Positions 1 to 10,395 of a stretch of 64,000 nt of DNA are shown in pieces (the stretch's first letter is position 1; each line of letters opens with the position of its first letter). Origin of the DNA: a virus; IMG/VR virus record IMGVR_UViG_3300032046_006283, positions 9,125-73,124 of that record. One strand, written 5' to 3'. Under the pieces are notes generated by a model. That model did no database searches. It saw nothing but the letters and a program-made list of their open reading frames with translations, and was not told the origin of the DNA. Made by a program: the position numbers and the translations under genes.

Positions 1-986
1 ATCCCTGCCCAACTATTTATATTATCTCCATGTAAAAATAAAAATGTTTTTCCTTCAATCTTTTTAATTGTCCAAAAGCTTTTAGGAAAATTAAACTTAA
101 TATTTTTTTGATCTTTTAATAATAAATTTAATAAATTGTAAGTTATATAATCCCAATTCACATATCTCTTTTTAAATCTTATCTCTTTATGCATCCTTCC
201 GTGATTACCTACAACACCATCTATTTCTATTTCTGGAAATACCTGAGCGAGGTCTAATAAAAACTGAGCTAATACTAAAGCAGTACCTTCTGACCATTCA
301 ATAGGAGTGTTTTCAGCAGTTTCAACCAATTCGTCGTGAATAATACCACTTACAATATCACCTAACATTCCGATTACCAACTTTGGAAATTCATATCCTC
401 GAAGTTTATTTAAAGTAATATCTGTAATACAATTTGCAAGGTATTTTAACCTATTTTTCATTATATCAAAATTATAAGCATTCAAATCTCCTATTTCTGC
501 AGCCTGAACTACTTCACCAGAATGTAAATCTGATAAAAGCAACAAAGCTGTTTCTTTGGTTTTTTCAATTTTAATGGAAGGTTTTATAATTGGAATTTTA
601 ACGGTGGGCAATGCTTTAATAGTATTTCTAAGAACCTCTAAAATACTTTCTTGAAGATTTGTATCTTTATTAGCTACTCTATATTTCGCAGCAACAATAA
701 ATAATTGAGATTTTAATTTCTGTATCTCCCTATCTTTTTCGACTAAAAGATCAATTTTTTGAGAAGGCATTTCTGTTACTTGTAATTCTTCATATACTTT
801 TTTAGACTTTTCAGACTCACATTTATCATAAGAAATATTAAGCCTTATTAACTTATTAACAATTGCTATTGTAGTTCTATTACTTTTAAATTCTTTATTC
901 AAAGAATCAACAAAATCTTCTGGATGAATTCCTTCTGAAATCTTCTTCTTTATAAAAGTAATTTCTTCTGGAGTCCATTTACTCAA
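1..986 (-). CDS. Calcineurin-like metallophosphoesterase with N-terminal HTH/Myb-like segment (3' end runs out of the window; absent from the ORF track)
   Basis: Manual translation from TTG at 986 (GGAGG RBS at ~992-996): MSKWTPEEITFIKK...LLLSDLHSGE...GMLGDIVSG...VVGNHGR...FLHGD; DxH, GD, GNH and HGD are metallophosphoesterase motifs. Confidence 0.8.
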   Translation of the reverse strand, partial: MSKWTPEEITFIKKKISEGIHPEDFVDSLNKEFKSNRTTIAIVNKLIRLNISYDKCESEKSKKVYEELQVTEMPSQKIDLLVEKDREIQKLKSQLFIVAAKYRVANKDTNLQESILEVLRNTIKALPTVKIPIIKPSIKIEKTKETALLLLSDLHSGEVVQAAEIGDLNAYNFDIMKNRLKYLANCITDITLNKLRGYEFPKLVIGMLGDIVSGIIHDELVETAENTPIEWSEGTALVLAQFLLDLAQVFPEIEIDGVVGNHGRMHKEIRFKKRYVNWDYITYNLLNLLLKDQKNIKFNFPKSFWTIKKIEGKTFLFLHGDNINSWAG

Positions 987-1046
987 TTAAACCTCCTGGC
1001 TTTTGTTTCTAATTAAATATACAATCTTTTTAATAAATTTCAAAGG

Positions 1047-1964
1047 TTAAATTTGGTTTAAAAGACTATTTTTTACAAACTCTACATTATTTAAAATATC
1101 ATTTTCCCAAAAACGTAAAAGAATGTAACCATTTTCTTTTGCTATTTTATTCACTTCTGCGTCTCGCTTCTTATTTTTTAATTGATATTCACTAAATTTC
1201 TTATAAAACTTTGGATTTCCATGGTGATAATCTCCTTCAACTTCTACTAAAATATTGGTGTTCAAAAAATGAAAATCTACTAAATGATTACCTAAACGAA
1301 ATTGTTTTTCATAAGGGATACCTAAAAATGTTAATATATCTTGCATCGCAAGTTCTGGTTTAGTATCTTTGTAAGGACCTGGATGAGTTTGAATACGAAC
1401 TAACGCAGCTTCACTTTTAGATCTTGAAGTAAAGTCATTTCTCTTAAGAATCTCTTTAATGGTCGTATTGTCACATTTCCACTTTTTGCTTAAAATAAGA
1501 GTACTTGGTTTTTCTTTTGAAAAATACTCTTTACAAATTTGTAATTCTTGTTCTTTTGTAAATTTTTTATGTATATCACTTGTTTTTTTACGTATTTCTA
1601 AATCTACCCAAGCCTCCTTAATAGTTCTTAAAGTACCTCCATTTCTTATAATAATATTTCTTATAGCAGAATTACTACAATCCCATTTCTTAGCTAAAGT
1701 ATAAATGCTTGGTTTTTCTTTAGAAAAATATTCTTTACAAATTTGTTTTTCTTCTTTTTTGGAAAATATTTTTCTTGTTTCCCATGAGTTTCTCAAAATA
1801 CCTTTATTTCTTCGAATAATGTGTTCAATAGTTGTCGAATTGCACTTCCATTTCTTACCTAAAGTAATAATACTTAGTCTCTCATCGGAAAAATATTCAT
1901 TACAAATTTGTTGCTCTTCTTCTTTTGTAAATTTATTATTACCATTCATTTTTAAAAACTCCAA
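1047..1964 (-). CDS. Freestanding homing-type endonuclease: three HTH-like repeats plus a C-terminal DUF559/Vsr-like PD-(D/E)XK domain
   Basis: Three repeats of F(T/S)KxxExQICxEYFS...LxKKWxC; C-terminus TKPE...DFHF...VEVEGDYHHG...LRFWENDI. Confidence 0.8.
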   Translation of the reverse strand: MEFLKMNGNNKFTKEEEQQICNEYFSDERLSIITLGKKWKCNSTTIEHIIRRNKGILRNSWETRKIFSKKEEKQICKEYFSKEKPSIYTLAKKWDCSNSAIRNIIIRNGGTLRTIKEAWVDLEIRKKTSDIHKKFTKEQELQICKEYFSKEKPSTLILSKKWKCDNTTIKEILKRNDFTSRSKSEAALVRIQTHPGPYKDTKPELAMQDILTFLGIPYEKQFRLGNHLVDFHFLNTNILVEVEGDYHHGNPKFYKKFSEYQLKNKKRDAEVNKIAKENGYILLRFWENDILNNVEFVKNSLLNQI

Positions 1965-1973
1965 AACTTCTTT

Positions 1974-4900
1974 TTAAATTTGTTTATCTTCTCCTCCAGG
2001 TACACCAGGAGTAACACCAAAATCAGGAAAAATATCTTCTTTGATTGGTTTCTTCTTTTTGAGCAAGTTGCTCTCGCCCCACTGATCTTCACCATAATCT
2101 GGAGCCTCAGATTGTGCTGGTTCTGAAGGATAACTTGGCCCTTGATCTTCTCTTAAAAGTAAAGAAGGGCTATTATAATTTGTATCAGAAGGTTGACCAT
2201 AAAACCCTTCTTTTTGTCTAAGATTTAAAGAACTAACTTTTAAATTTCCTAATTCATCAAGAAACGATTCATCAAAATTTCTAATTAAATAATCTCCATA
2301 AACACCAGATATATGAGCTTCGTGTATTACTTTATCTATCGCAATCATTTTCTCTTGAGGAGTTTTAGCATTTTGTAAAACTTCTACTAAATATTTCTCT
2401 ACTTCTATTTGGTTTTTTAAATCCTCGGAAGGAAATCCAGAAACTTCCCATCCATCCCATTCAATCCACCCTTCTAAAACAATAATAAAACTTGAAATAA
2501 TTTCATCCATTAAAGAAATATCATAAAGACCTTTTGCTTCTTGTTTATATAATCTTATAAGATCTTGTTTTTTAACATATACTACTACATCCTCATATGC
2601 TTTTTTCTTTAAATTTAACGAAGCCATATCAATTCGAGGATCTAAATTATGTTCTACAATTGAATCATTTTTGTCATGCCTTGGAGGATTTGTTCTACGT
2701 AATTTTTTATCTGTTTTATCAATTACTTGTGAATCTTCTGGAATTTCAGAGTCAGATATAATAGCTTTTTTCTTATTTGTTACTTTTTTCTTTTTCGGCC
2801 AAGAATGAGGATAATCTAAAGACTTTAATATAGGATTTGAAACTGAACTTTTTCGAAATAAAAGAGAAGCTTCTTTCATTAAACCTTTAAATGTAGCTAT
2901 TTTTTTCAAATTTAAACTTTTATAGAATGAGAATTCTTCAACTTCTTTAGGAGTATTAGGATTATTATCAGCATAATAACGAACATCTATATCTTTATCT
3001 TTAGTCAACTCTGTTAATGTTTCAGAAGGAGTATTTGGATTCTCTGCAACTCTTGCACGAACACTTGAATATTTATCTTTAGCTAATTCTGCTAATGTTT
3101 CTGAAAGAGTATTTGGATTCTCTGCAACTCTTGCACGAACACTTGAATATTTATCTTTAGCTAATTCTGCTAATGTTTCTGAAAGAGTATTTGGATTCTC
3201 TGCAACTAGAATGTGAACATTTCGGTTTTCATCTTTAGCTAATCCGGCTAAAGTTTCTGGAGAAGTATTTGGATTTTCTGCTACACATTGACGAATTCTC
3301 ACCTTTTTATCTTTTGCTAATTCTGCTAAAATTTCTGGAGGAGTAGAAGGAGCTTCAGCAATTTCTAAGCGATCCCACGCATCTTTCTCTTTTATAATCT
3401 CCAGAGGAGTAAAATATCTTTTAGGAGTTACAACTTCTTCTCCTCTTAATTTTAAATCTTCGGCAACAAGTTTTTGAAGATCCTTCGACAAATAAGACAT
3501 TAGTTGTTCTGGAGTAGCTTGTGCTTTTATTTCTAAAGCATCTGAAAACCATTCTTTGATTCTAGGAAAATCATGAAACATTAAACCAGTGTTATGCTCA
3601 ACGTCATTTATATGATCAATGATAGTTATAAGTTGGTTTGTATCAGAATTATTTTTAAGCTGAATTAAAGATTCAACTATATGACCCCAAGGTTTACCAC
3701 CATATTGAGAATACCATTTTCCTTTATTATATAATTCTTGAAGCTGTTCTAATGTTAAATCTTTAAAAGCAGGTAAATTAAGTTTCTCTTTCCAATATTC
3801 CCATCCTAACAAAGTACCAAACCACTTTTTTCGTTTCAGTGATATTAATGCATCTCGATGTTTTGAGGCTTCTGCATAAACCATTTTTGTAATTAGAGGA
3901 ACATAAACTTCTTTAACTTGATTAACAATCATATCCTTATATTCTTTAGCATAAGAATTTGTTTCTAAATATTGATCAGAAAGTAAAGAAACACCATAAA
4001 AGTCAAAGAAAAGTTGTTTGTCTATTTGAGCTATTTTACGAAGAGATAAAGATGATTTTACACTCATACCACTATAAAACAAAATAGAGTTTGCAAGATA
4101 TTTTTGCAACTCTTTTAAATTATCAATTCTATTTACATTATTTATAATCTTTCGTTTATCGTCTTCATCAATATTAGATGGTTCAACTTTATCTAAAATA
4201 ATTTGTTTTGCTGTTTCTAAATTTGTTGCGCTCCAAACATCTTGAGCAATATCTTCTAAAATAGATTTAACAGGTCCTTTATAAGCAGAATTAATTTTAG
4301 AAATAAAATCTTTCTTTGATTTTGTTACAAATTCAACGTTTTCAGCATAACTTCCCGCGATTATGTTAACACCCTCTGATAATCCTAAAGTGTCTATTAA
4401 ATCTGAAAGATTGTCTGAAAATTCTTCAAATGAACCAGTACCTTCATACCATCTAATATATTGAGGTTTATAAATATTGTATGTGCCTCTTGTTACTAAA
4501 TCAAACTCTCTACCATTTGTAGGTAATCCAATAGTTTCAAACCAATGTATATGAGTCATCATAGGATCTGGATCAAAATAAATTTTTCCTTTATATATAG
4601 CCCAAAGTCCTTCATTTTCTCCAATATAAGAAAATCTTAAACTTCCAACAACTGGTGCCGGAGTTAAAGTAAAATAACTTAAATCTACAAGTAACTGATT
4701 ACGAATTGCCCAAGCAATATCTTCACTACGATCTTTTGAAATATTCAAATCGTCTTCTAAATGCAAAATTAATTCAAATATAAACACTGATCTATCTAAT
4801 TCTTCATAAATTTCTCCAGCATCATTTAAACGTTCGTATTGTTTAACAAAACTTTCTACAAACTCTTTTTCTGTAGGTGTTAACATAACTTTTTTTATTA

Positions 4901-7900
4901 TACCAAATTCATCTTGTGTTTTTTCTTGAGTTTTCTTTTTTAATGAACCGAAATGTGTTAATTTACCTTGTTCTTTCAAAAAAGTGATTAAATTATCCCA
5001 AGCTTCATAACTTTCTTTTTCTTGTTCTTTCGATATTCCTTCTTCAGCTGCTTTATCAAGATAATCTTCATATTCTATTTTTAAATGCATAAGTATTGAA
5101 AAATCAATATGCATCATATTTATAACATTGTCAATAGCAATAATTTGTGAATTAATATCAAAAGCACTATTTAACTCTTCTAAACGTTGTTTCATTTCTT
5201 CTATAACTTGTAATTCACCTGCTTCTTCTCTAACACTTCCCGGATACCTTTTATACCATTTTAAATAATCTTCAAAAAAGAACATTAAATCTCGAACAAC
5301 TTTATTTGTTAAACTATTTAACTTTTTTTCTATTTGTTCAAACTTCTGTATTTCTTTATCTGTTAAAGTTCCTTCATTATATTTTTGTTCCAATTCTCGA
5401 TATTGAATTTCAAGGTCATAAACTGCTTGAAGTTCATTAGGGGTAACAACTGCTTTCTTTCTCATACTTAAAGATGTTTTAAATTCTTTCATTTTTTGAC
5501 TCATTGCAAATTCTATAATAGAAGCTTCATCTTCTGTTAATTGACCAAAATCTAAAGCTGTATTCATTTCTTTTTTGATTTGATTTATTTCCTCTTCATT
5601 TTTTGCTTTATCTATATTTTTAAAAAAAATACGTTCTTTCTTTTTGGAAGATACTTTTGTACCTGTAAAAAGTTTATAAGCTTTTTCAACCCATTCTGAT
5701 ATATTTGTATCTCCCCAATTATTTATCAATTCATAAATAGATGCTTGTATTATATAAGCCGGAATTAATGTGTGTAAAGCCTTAGCCGCTTCAGTTCTAT
5801 GAATACCATCAATTACTTTGTATCTGCCGTTGTCAGGCACCGTGATAATAGGTTTAATTGGTGTTCCTTCCTTGTATAAAGCTACTAATTTTTGTACTTT
5901 TTTAGGATCAGCACCTAATTCATTCCATTCACTCGGATCTATTAAATTTGGATCTAACTCGGAAAGTTCTATATTTATGTCTTTTATTCCTTCTTCTTCA
6001 AGGAATTTATCAATACCTTCTGGAGAATAATCTTCTAATAAATCTTCTTCTCTATTTGCTATTACTTTTCGAAAAGTTAAATTACTAACTTTTAAATTAC
6101 CTAATTCTTCAAAAAAGGAGCTATAAAAATCTTCAACTAAATATTCTCCATATAATCCTGTTTCATGTGCTGTATTTATAGTGTGGTCTATTGCTATCAT
6201 TTTATCTTGTGGTGTTTTAGCTAATTTCAACATATCAATTAAATATTTTTGATCCTTTACTAATTTCGGAGTGCTTTCATATTCAGGATAATATTGAACG
6301 TTTGATGCAATCAAAATTGTTAAAATTCTTATAAATTCTGAAATAATTTCATCCATTAATTCTTCATCATATATACCTTTAACTTCTTGCTTATATAATT
6401 TTTTTAAATCCTGAGTTGTTATACTTGATGTTGGATATTCCTCAGGCACTTCTATTTTATAAAAATCTTTAAATTCTCTTTTTAATTTATCAGCAAAAAC
6501 CATTTCTTTTATATCTGTTTCAAAAGTTAAATAACTTTCTTTTTTCAAAACTTCTTTTTTACATTCATCACAAATTCCATGACTTATATATGGTAAATAT
6601 TTAGAATACTCTTCATTAGTTAAATGCTTAATAATATGTCTTGTACTTCTATCAAATATTCCTTTACACCAAGCGCATATACCATATTTTGAATAATCTA
6701 AATTTTCTATGTCAATTTCTTTAGTTTCTTCTTGCGGAACTTTTTCCATAGGAAGGTCTTTCTGCATATCAGATCTCATATTTAAACTACCAATTTTTAA
6801 ATTACCTAATTCTTCAAAAAAAGTTTCATCAGAATCTGTTAAAGTCTCTCCATATGTTCCAGAAGCGTGAGCAGTATGTATTACTTGATCAATAGCAATC
6901 ATTTTTTCTTGAAGTGTTTTTGCTTCTTCTAGAATCCTTATTAATTTTTTTGTTTGTTTTTCTTGTTCTGGATCGTACCACTTATTAAATTCCTCTAACA
7001 AATAAATAAACTTTGAAACAATTTCATTTAACAATTTTTCATCATATATACCTTTAGCTTCTTGTGTATATAATCTTATTAATTCTTGTTTTGTAACTAA
7101 AGAAGATGCAATTCTATTAAGAAAAGTTTCTAAATCTTCTTCTTCTTGAGCTTTTCTTTTCATATTTAAACTACCAAAAGGTTTTGTAACGGGTCTTTGG
7201 AAACTTTTCCAAACTTCTTTTCCAAGTTCTTTCCAAGTAGGAAATTTTTTCTTTTCTTTTGGTTCTGGTTCACCAAACTCTTCAACTGGAATAGGAATCT
7301 CTTCTTCTGGTTCTATATCTAATTCAAATGTTAAAGGTTTTGTTTCTTTCTCTTCTAAAGGTTTTTCAATAGGTTTTTTAACTTCTACAGGTTCTTCTTT
7401 TTCAATTATAGGTTCTTTCTTTAGCATCTCAACTTTAGGAACTTCTTTAACTTCTTCATGTTTTGTCATTCTTATTTCATCTGGTAAAAAAGGAGAAGTA
7501 AAACCTACTGTAAATACAGTAGCAATATTTCTAGAAACATTTGTCAACTCTGTAATTTTTACATCATAAGAACCATCTGCATTTTTCTTCTTTATAATCC
7601 CTTTTCCTTTTAAAGTACCTCCTGGACCTTTTCTTGCAGCTCCAAAAAATCTGGTAGTATCAAAAACAACCTCATCACCTACATTGAATTCTTTTCTTTC
7701 TGCAGCAACTTTATTTTGAGCATTTTTCTTAAAAATTTGAGAAATAGGTGAAAAAAATTCTTCGCTTTGTACTGGAAATTCATTAAATCGAAGTTTAAGT
7801 TGTTGTGGAATTATAAATTGTTCTTCAATATTTTTTCGTATAGTTTCTTTTAAACCTTTTTCATGTTTAAATTCAAAAGGTTTTTCAAAAGCTTTATATT

Positions 7901-9269
7901 TATCTTTTTGTTCTTCTTTATCCTTTTCTTTTTTTAGTTTTAATTTATCCATAAATGTAGGTTCTGAAAATACTATATCCATTTGTACAAACTCTTGAAT
8001 TAAAGGTTCGTTAGCTTCTTTCTTTCTCATATTCAAACTCGCTGTCATTTGAGAAGCTGGATTATCTTCCCATAACCAAGGACTTCTTTCTATCCTTTCA
8101 AGAGAAGGAAATACTATATTATAACCTTGATCCGCTTCTCTATCTTCCCACCTATCTTCTCCTTGTTGATAAGTATGCCAAGATTGATGTTCTCCTTGAA
8201 TTTCATCTAAAGAATTGTCTGGAATAGGTTCAGAAACGGTGGATGCTTGTCTCCTAATTACTTTAAAACTTTTTAATCCTCTAAATACTTTAGCAATGAT
8301 ACCTCTTTGAATAACTTCTTTAGCTAATTCTATTTCTTTTTCAGTTACATCTGTCTTCTTACCTCTTGCTATATCCCATATTTCATCTGGACTGTATTTG
8401 TTCAAGAGGTCGGAGTAAGGAACATCTATTATATTTGGAATTTTTTCTTTTAAAGTTTCTTCTTCTTTCGTAATCAAAAGATCTTTTAATATTTCTTTTT
8501 CTTTTTTAGAAGGTTCTCTTAATCCTAAAGATTCAGCCATAGCTTCTTCAATTGCTTTTAATACTAAATCTTTTGAAAATGCTTCTTGTAAACCATATTC
8601 TTCCATAACATAAATTTCCCAATTTTTAATAAAAGATTGTGGAAATTTATTTGAAAAATCTGCAATTAATCCATTTATAAAATGCATACTTACATTTTTC
8701 TTTTTCGCTATATGATTTACAAAATAATAAACATCTATTCGAGAAACAATTTCAGAACCATATTTATTAAGTTCCTTCAAAATTTCATCCACATATAATG
8801 ACCAATCTTGAGCTTCTTTTTTCATATTTAAACTTCCACATATTCCAGGACCATAAGAAGGAGATCCTGGAGTTGAATCATATTCCATTGGATTAGAAAC
8901 ATTTGGATCTATGTTAAATATATTACCTTGCTCATCTGGATAATTATGAAAAGGAAATCTTAGTTTTGGTTTTTTTGGACCTTTAGGATATTCATCAGAC
9001 TTTCCTGGTTCATAAAAATTTTCTTGGAGTGTTTCAGCATCTGCTTTTTTAAAATTTAAAGAAGCGACTTTTGAAATATAAGGTAAAATTGCATTCCTTA
9101 ATTCATTTGGTGATTCAAACCAAGTACCTTGGAGTTTATCCAATATATATTTTTCATAATAAGGATAATTTGGATGTCCCGGAGGAACACCATATTCACC
9201 TAAAAGTTGAGAAACCAAATTAGGATCTGCAACAATCCAATTTGGTTCCCTTCCAAATCGCAATTTCAT
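1974..9269 (-). CDS. 2431-aa mosaic protein, putative virion-internal polyprotein (repeated helical domain, ParB-like domain, LRV repeats, Zn-binding module)
   Basis: Long ORF downstream of the terminase; ~12 S-L-x-(x)-K/R-K-x-A linkers; internal duplications; function inferred. Confidence 0.6.
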   Translation of the reverse strand: MKLRFGREPNWIVADPNLVSQLLGEYGVPPGHPNYPYYEKYILDKLQGTWFESPNELRNAILPYISKVASLNFKKADAETLQENFYEPGKSDEYPKGPKKPKLRFPFHNYPDEQGNIFNIDPNVSNPMEYDSTPGSPSYGPGICGSLNMKKEAQDWSLYVDEILKELNKYGSEIVSRIDVYYFVNHIAKKKNVSMHFINGLIADFSNKFPQSFIKNWEIYVMEEYGLQEAFSKDLVLKAIEEAMAESLGLREPSKKEKEILKDLLITKEEETLKEKIPNIIDVPYSDLLNKYSPDEIWDIARGKKTDVTEKEIELAKEVIQRGIIAKVFRGLKSFKVIRRQASTVSEPIPDNSLDEIQGEHQSWHTYQQGEDRWEDREADQGYNIVFPSLERIERSPWLWEDNPASQMTASLNMRKKEANEPLIQEFVQMDIVFSEPTFMDKLKLKKEKDKEEQKDKYKAFEKPFEFKHEKGLKETIRKNIEEQFIIPQQLKLRFNEFPVQSEEFFSPISQIFKKNAQNKVAAERKEFNVGDEVVFDTTRFFGAARKGPGGTLKGKGIIKKKNADGSYDVKITELTNVSRNIATVFTVGFTSPFLPDEIRMTKHEEVKEVPKVEMLKKEPIIEKEEPVEVKKPIEKPLEEKETKPLTFELDIEPEEEIPIPVEEFGEPEPKEKKKFPTWKELGKEVWKSFQRPVTKPFGSLNMKRKAQEEEDLETFLNRIASSLVTKQELIRLYTQEAKGIYDEKLLNEIVSKFIYLLEEFNKWYDPEQEKQTKKLIRILEEAKTLQEKMIAIDQVIHTAHASGTYGETLTDSDETFFEELGNLKIGSLNMRSDMQKDLPMEKVPQEETKEIDIENLDYSKYGICAWCKGIFDRSTRHIIKHLTNEEYSKYLPYISHGICDECKKEVLKKESYLTFETDIKEMVFADKLKREFKDFYKIEVPEEYPTSSITTQDLKKLYKQEVKGIYDEELMDEIISEFIRILTILIASNVQYYPEYESTPKLVKDQKYLIDMLKLAKTPQDKMIAIDHTINTAHETGLYGEYLVEDFYSSFFEELGNLKVSNLTFRKVIANREEDLLEDYSPEGIDKFLEEEGIKDINIELSELDPNLIDPSEWNELGADPKKVQKLVALYKEGTPIKPIITVPDNGRYKVIDGIHRTEAAKALHTLIPAYIIQASIYELINNWGDTNISEWVEKAYKLFTGTKVSSKKKERIFFKNIDKAKNEEEINQIKKEMNTALDFGQLTEDEASIIEFAMSQKMKEFKTSLSMRKKAVVTPNELQAVYDLEIQYRELEQKYNEGTLTDKEIQKFEQIEKKLNSLTNKVVRDLMFFFEDYLKWYKRYPGSVREEAGELQVIEEMKQRLEELNSAFDINSQIIAIDNVINMMHIDFSILMHLKIEYEDYLDKAAEEGISKEQEKESYEAWDNLITFLKEQGKLTHFGSLKKKTQEKTQDEFGIIKKVMLTPTEKEFVESFVKQYERLNDAGEIYEELDRSVFIFELILHLEDDLNISKDRSEDIAWAIRNQLLVDLSYFTLTPAPVVGSLRFSYIGENEGLWAIYKGKIYFDPDPMMTHIHWFETIGLPTNGREFDLVTRGTYNIYKPQYIRWYEGTGSFEEFSDNLSDLIDTLGLSEGVNIIAGSYAENVEFVTKSKKDFISKINSAYKGPVKSILEDIAQDVWSATNLETAKQIILDKVEPSNIDEDDKRKIINNVNRIDNLKELQKYLANSILFYSGMSVKSSLSLRKIAQIDKQLFFDFYGVSLLSDQYLETNSYAKEYKDMIVNQVKEVYVPLITKMVYAEASKHRDALISLKRKKWFGTLLGWEYWKEKLNLPAFKDLTLEQLQELYNKGKWYSQYGGKPWGHIVESLIQLKNNSDTNQLITIIDHINDVEHNTGLMFHDFPRIKEWFSDALEIKAQATPEQLMSYLSKDLQKLVAEDLKLRGEEVVTPKRYFTPLEIIKEKDAWDRLEIAEAPSTPPEILAELAKDKKVRIRQCVAENPNTSPETLAGLAKDENRNVHILVAENPNTLSETLAELAKDKYSSVRARVAENPNTLSETLAELAKDKYSSVRARVAENPNTPSETLTELTKDKDIDVRYYADNNPNTPKEVEEFSFYKSLNLKKIATFKGLMKEASLLFRKSSVSNPILKSLDYPHSWPKKKKVTNKKKAIISDSEIPEDSQVIDKTDKKLRRTNPPRHDKNDSIVEHNLDPRIDMASLNLKKKAYEDVVVYVKKQDLIRLYKQEAKGLYDISLMDEIISSFIIVLEGWIEWDGWEVSGFPSEDLKNQIEVEKYLVEVLQNAKTPQEKMIAIDKVIHEAHISGVYGDYLIRNFDESFLDELGNLKVSSLNLRQKEGFYGQPSDTNYNSPSLLLREDQGPSYPSEPAQSEAPDYGEDQWGESNLLKKKKPIKEDIFPDFGVTPGVPGGEDKQI
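2945..3365 (-). repeat. Leucine-rich-variant (LRV/HEAT-like) 26-aa repeats; exact 78-bp tandem duplication at ~3030-3207
   Basis: NPNTxxETLAELAKD...VRxxVAE repeated ~5 times; the DNA unit gtatttggattctctgcaact recurs at 3031, 3109 and 3187. Confidence 0.9.
5740..5980 (-). other. ParB/Sulfiredoxin-like domain within the 2431-aa protein
   Basis: PIKPIITV...YKVIDGIHRTEAAKAL matches the ParB-N IDGxHR motif. Confidence 0.75.
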
Positions 9270-9271
9270 TT

Positions 9272-9463
9272 TTAGTTCTCCTTTGTGTATCTCACTTTCT
9301 TTTTATACTCATAACTTACTATCTTATTTTGATGCACAGTAATTAATGTTTCACTATACGGAGAACTAGACAAATCTTTTATTATATCCTTAATTTTCTT
9401 CAAATCCTCTTCAGATACTTGTTGTAATATAGTAGCAATTTCAGTTATAATCTTTTCTTTCAT
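9272..9463 (-). CDS. Small YezD/DUF2292-like protein
   Basis: YSETLITVHQNKIVSYEYKKKVR resembles the DUF2292 pattern YGxxxIxVHxGxVVxIExxEKxR. Confidence 0.55.
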   Translation of the reverse strand: MKEKIITEIATILQQVSEEDLKKIKDIIKDLSSSPYSETLITVHQNKIVSYEYKKKVRYTKEN

Positions 9464-9464
9464 T

Positions 9465-10112
9465 TTATTCCTTTACCATATATAATTTAAACTTTTCCAC
9501 TAAATGAAAGATGTTACCTGTTATAACAATTTGAGGCTTTAACATTTCTTCTACTTTTACAACTTTTGAATCTCTTTGGATTTTTTGTTCTTGTACTGCA
9601 ATATCATTTAAAGCAGATGATATACTGGTAATTTCAGTAATATTAAAATCACTAGTAGTTATTTCTTTTTCGGTAACCTCAAATTTTTCTACATTGCCAA
9701 GTGTAACTTTAAGTTTTGAAACTGGTTTATCATCTTCTACTTTATTTGTTCTAAGAGCACTCATTGCATCCAATTTTAAAAGATTCGTTTCTTCCAATGG
9801 ATAAACTTCTACTCCTTCAGATTTTTGCACTTCTATTCCTTTCAATGAAGGTCTTTGTTTTTCGACTTTAACAGATTTTCCCGTAATAGACGTATTATCT
9901 CCAGGTAACCCTTCAATGTTAAGGTCTACTACTAAAGAATTTTCAACATACTGAATTGTCAATGATTTTACATCCTTTGAGTCAACTTTTTTACCATTAA
10001 TAATAACAATAATGGTATCATTGTAAAATTCTCCAGCTTTATGTGCTGGATTAACCTTTCCAACATTAATAGCAACTTCTGTTGGATTAACACCTTTACT
10101 TCTTTTAACCAT
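9465..10112 (-). CDS. Hypothetical protein
   Basis: 215-aa ORF with GGAGGAG RBS; no motif recognised. Confidence 0.6.
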   Translation of the reverse strand: MVKRSKGVNPTEVAINVGKVNPAHKAGEFYNDTIIVIINGKKVDSKDVKSLTIQYVENSLVVDLNIEGLPGDNTSITGKSVKVEKQRPSLKGIEVQKSEGVEVYPLEETNLLKLDAMSALRTNKVEDDKPVSKLKVTLGNVEKFEVTEKEITTSDFNITEITSISSALNDIAVQEQKIQRDSKVVKVEEMLKPQIVITGNIFHLVEKFKLYMVKE

Positions 10113-10155
10113 AACTCCTCCTTTACTTTTATTTAAAATTTTTAATTTCTAAATT

Positions 10156-10395
10156 TTAGAAGCGTGGAATAAAAGTTGTAGATAATAATACCACAGAATG
10201 TAAAACTTCTGGAGCTAAAAAGAAACATCTAACAGAATCTTTAGCTATATCCCAAGCATATAATTTCCCATCTCTTAGCTCAAGAGGTTCAATTGTACGA
10301 GTTGAGCGCTCATTTTTTTGATTTGTGTAGTCAATTTCTAACATTTGATGGTTTTGAATTGCGATATAAATATCTTCAACTGCCATAATTACCAT
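10156..10395 (-). CDS. Standalone WYL-domain protein
   Basis: LEIDYTN...RTIEPLEL...LYAWDIAKDSVRCF is a WYL pattern. Confidence 0.8.
   Translation of the reverse strand: MVIMAVEDIYIAIQNHQMLEIDYTNQKNERSTRTIEPLELRDGKLYAWDIAKDSVRCFFLAPEVLHSVVLLSTTFIPRF

Noticed and set aside
1974-9269. Tape-measure or tail-fibre assignment for the 2431-aa ORF
   Set aside because: It lacks the Ala/Gly-rich periodic helices of tape measures and the Gly/Thr-rich beta repeats of fibres; it is acidic and mosaic
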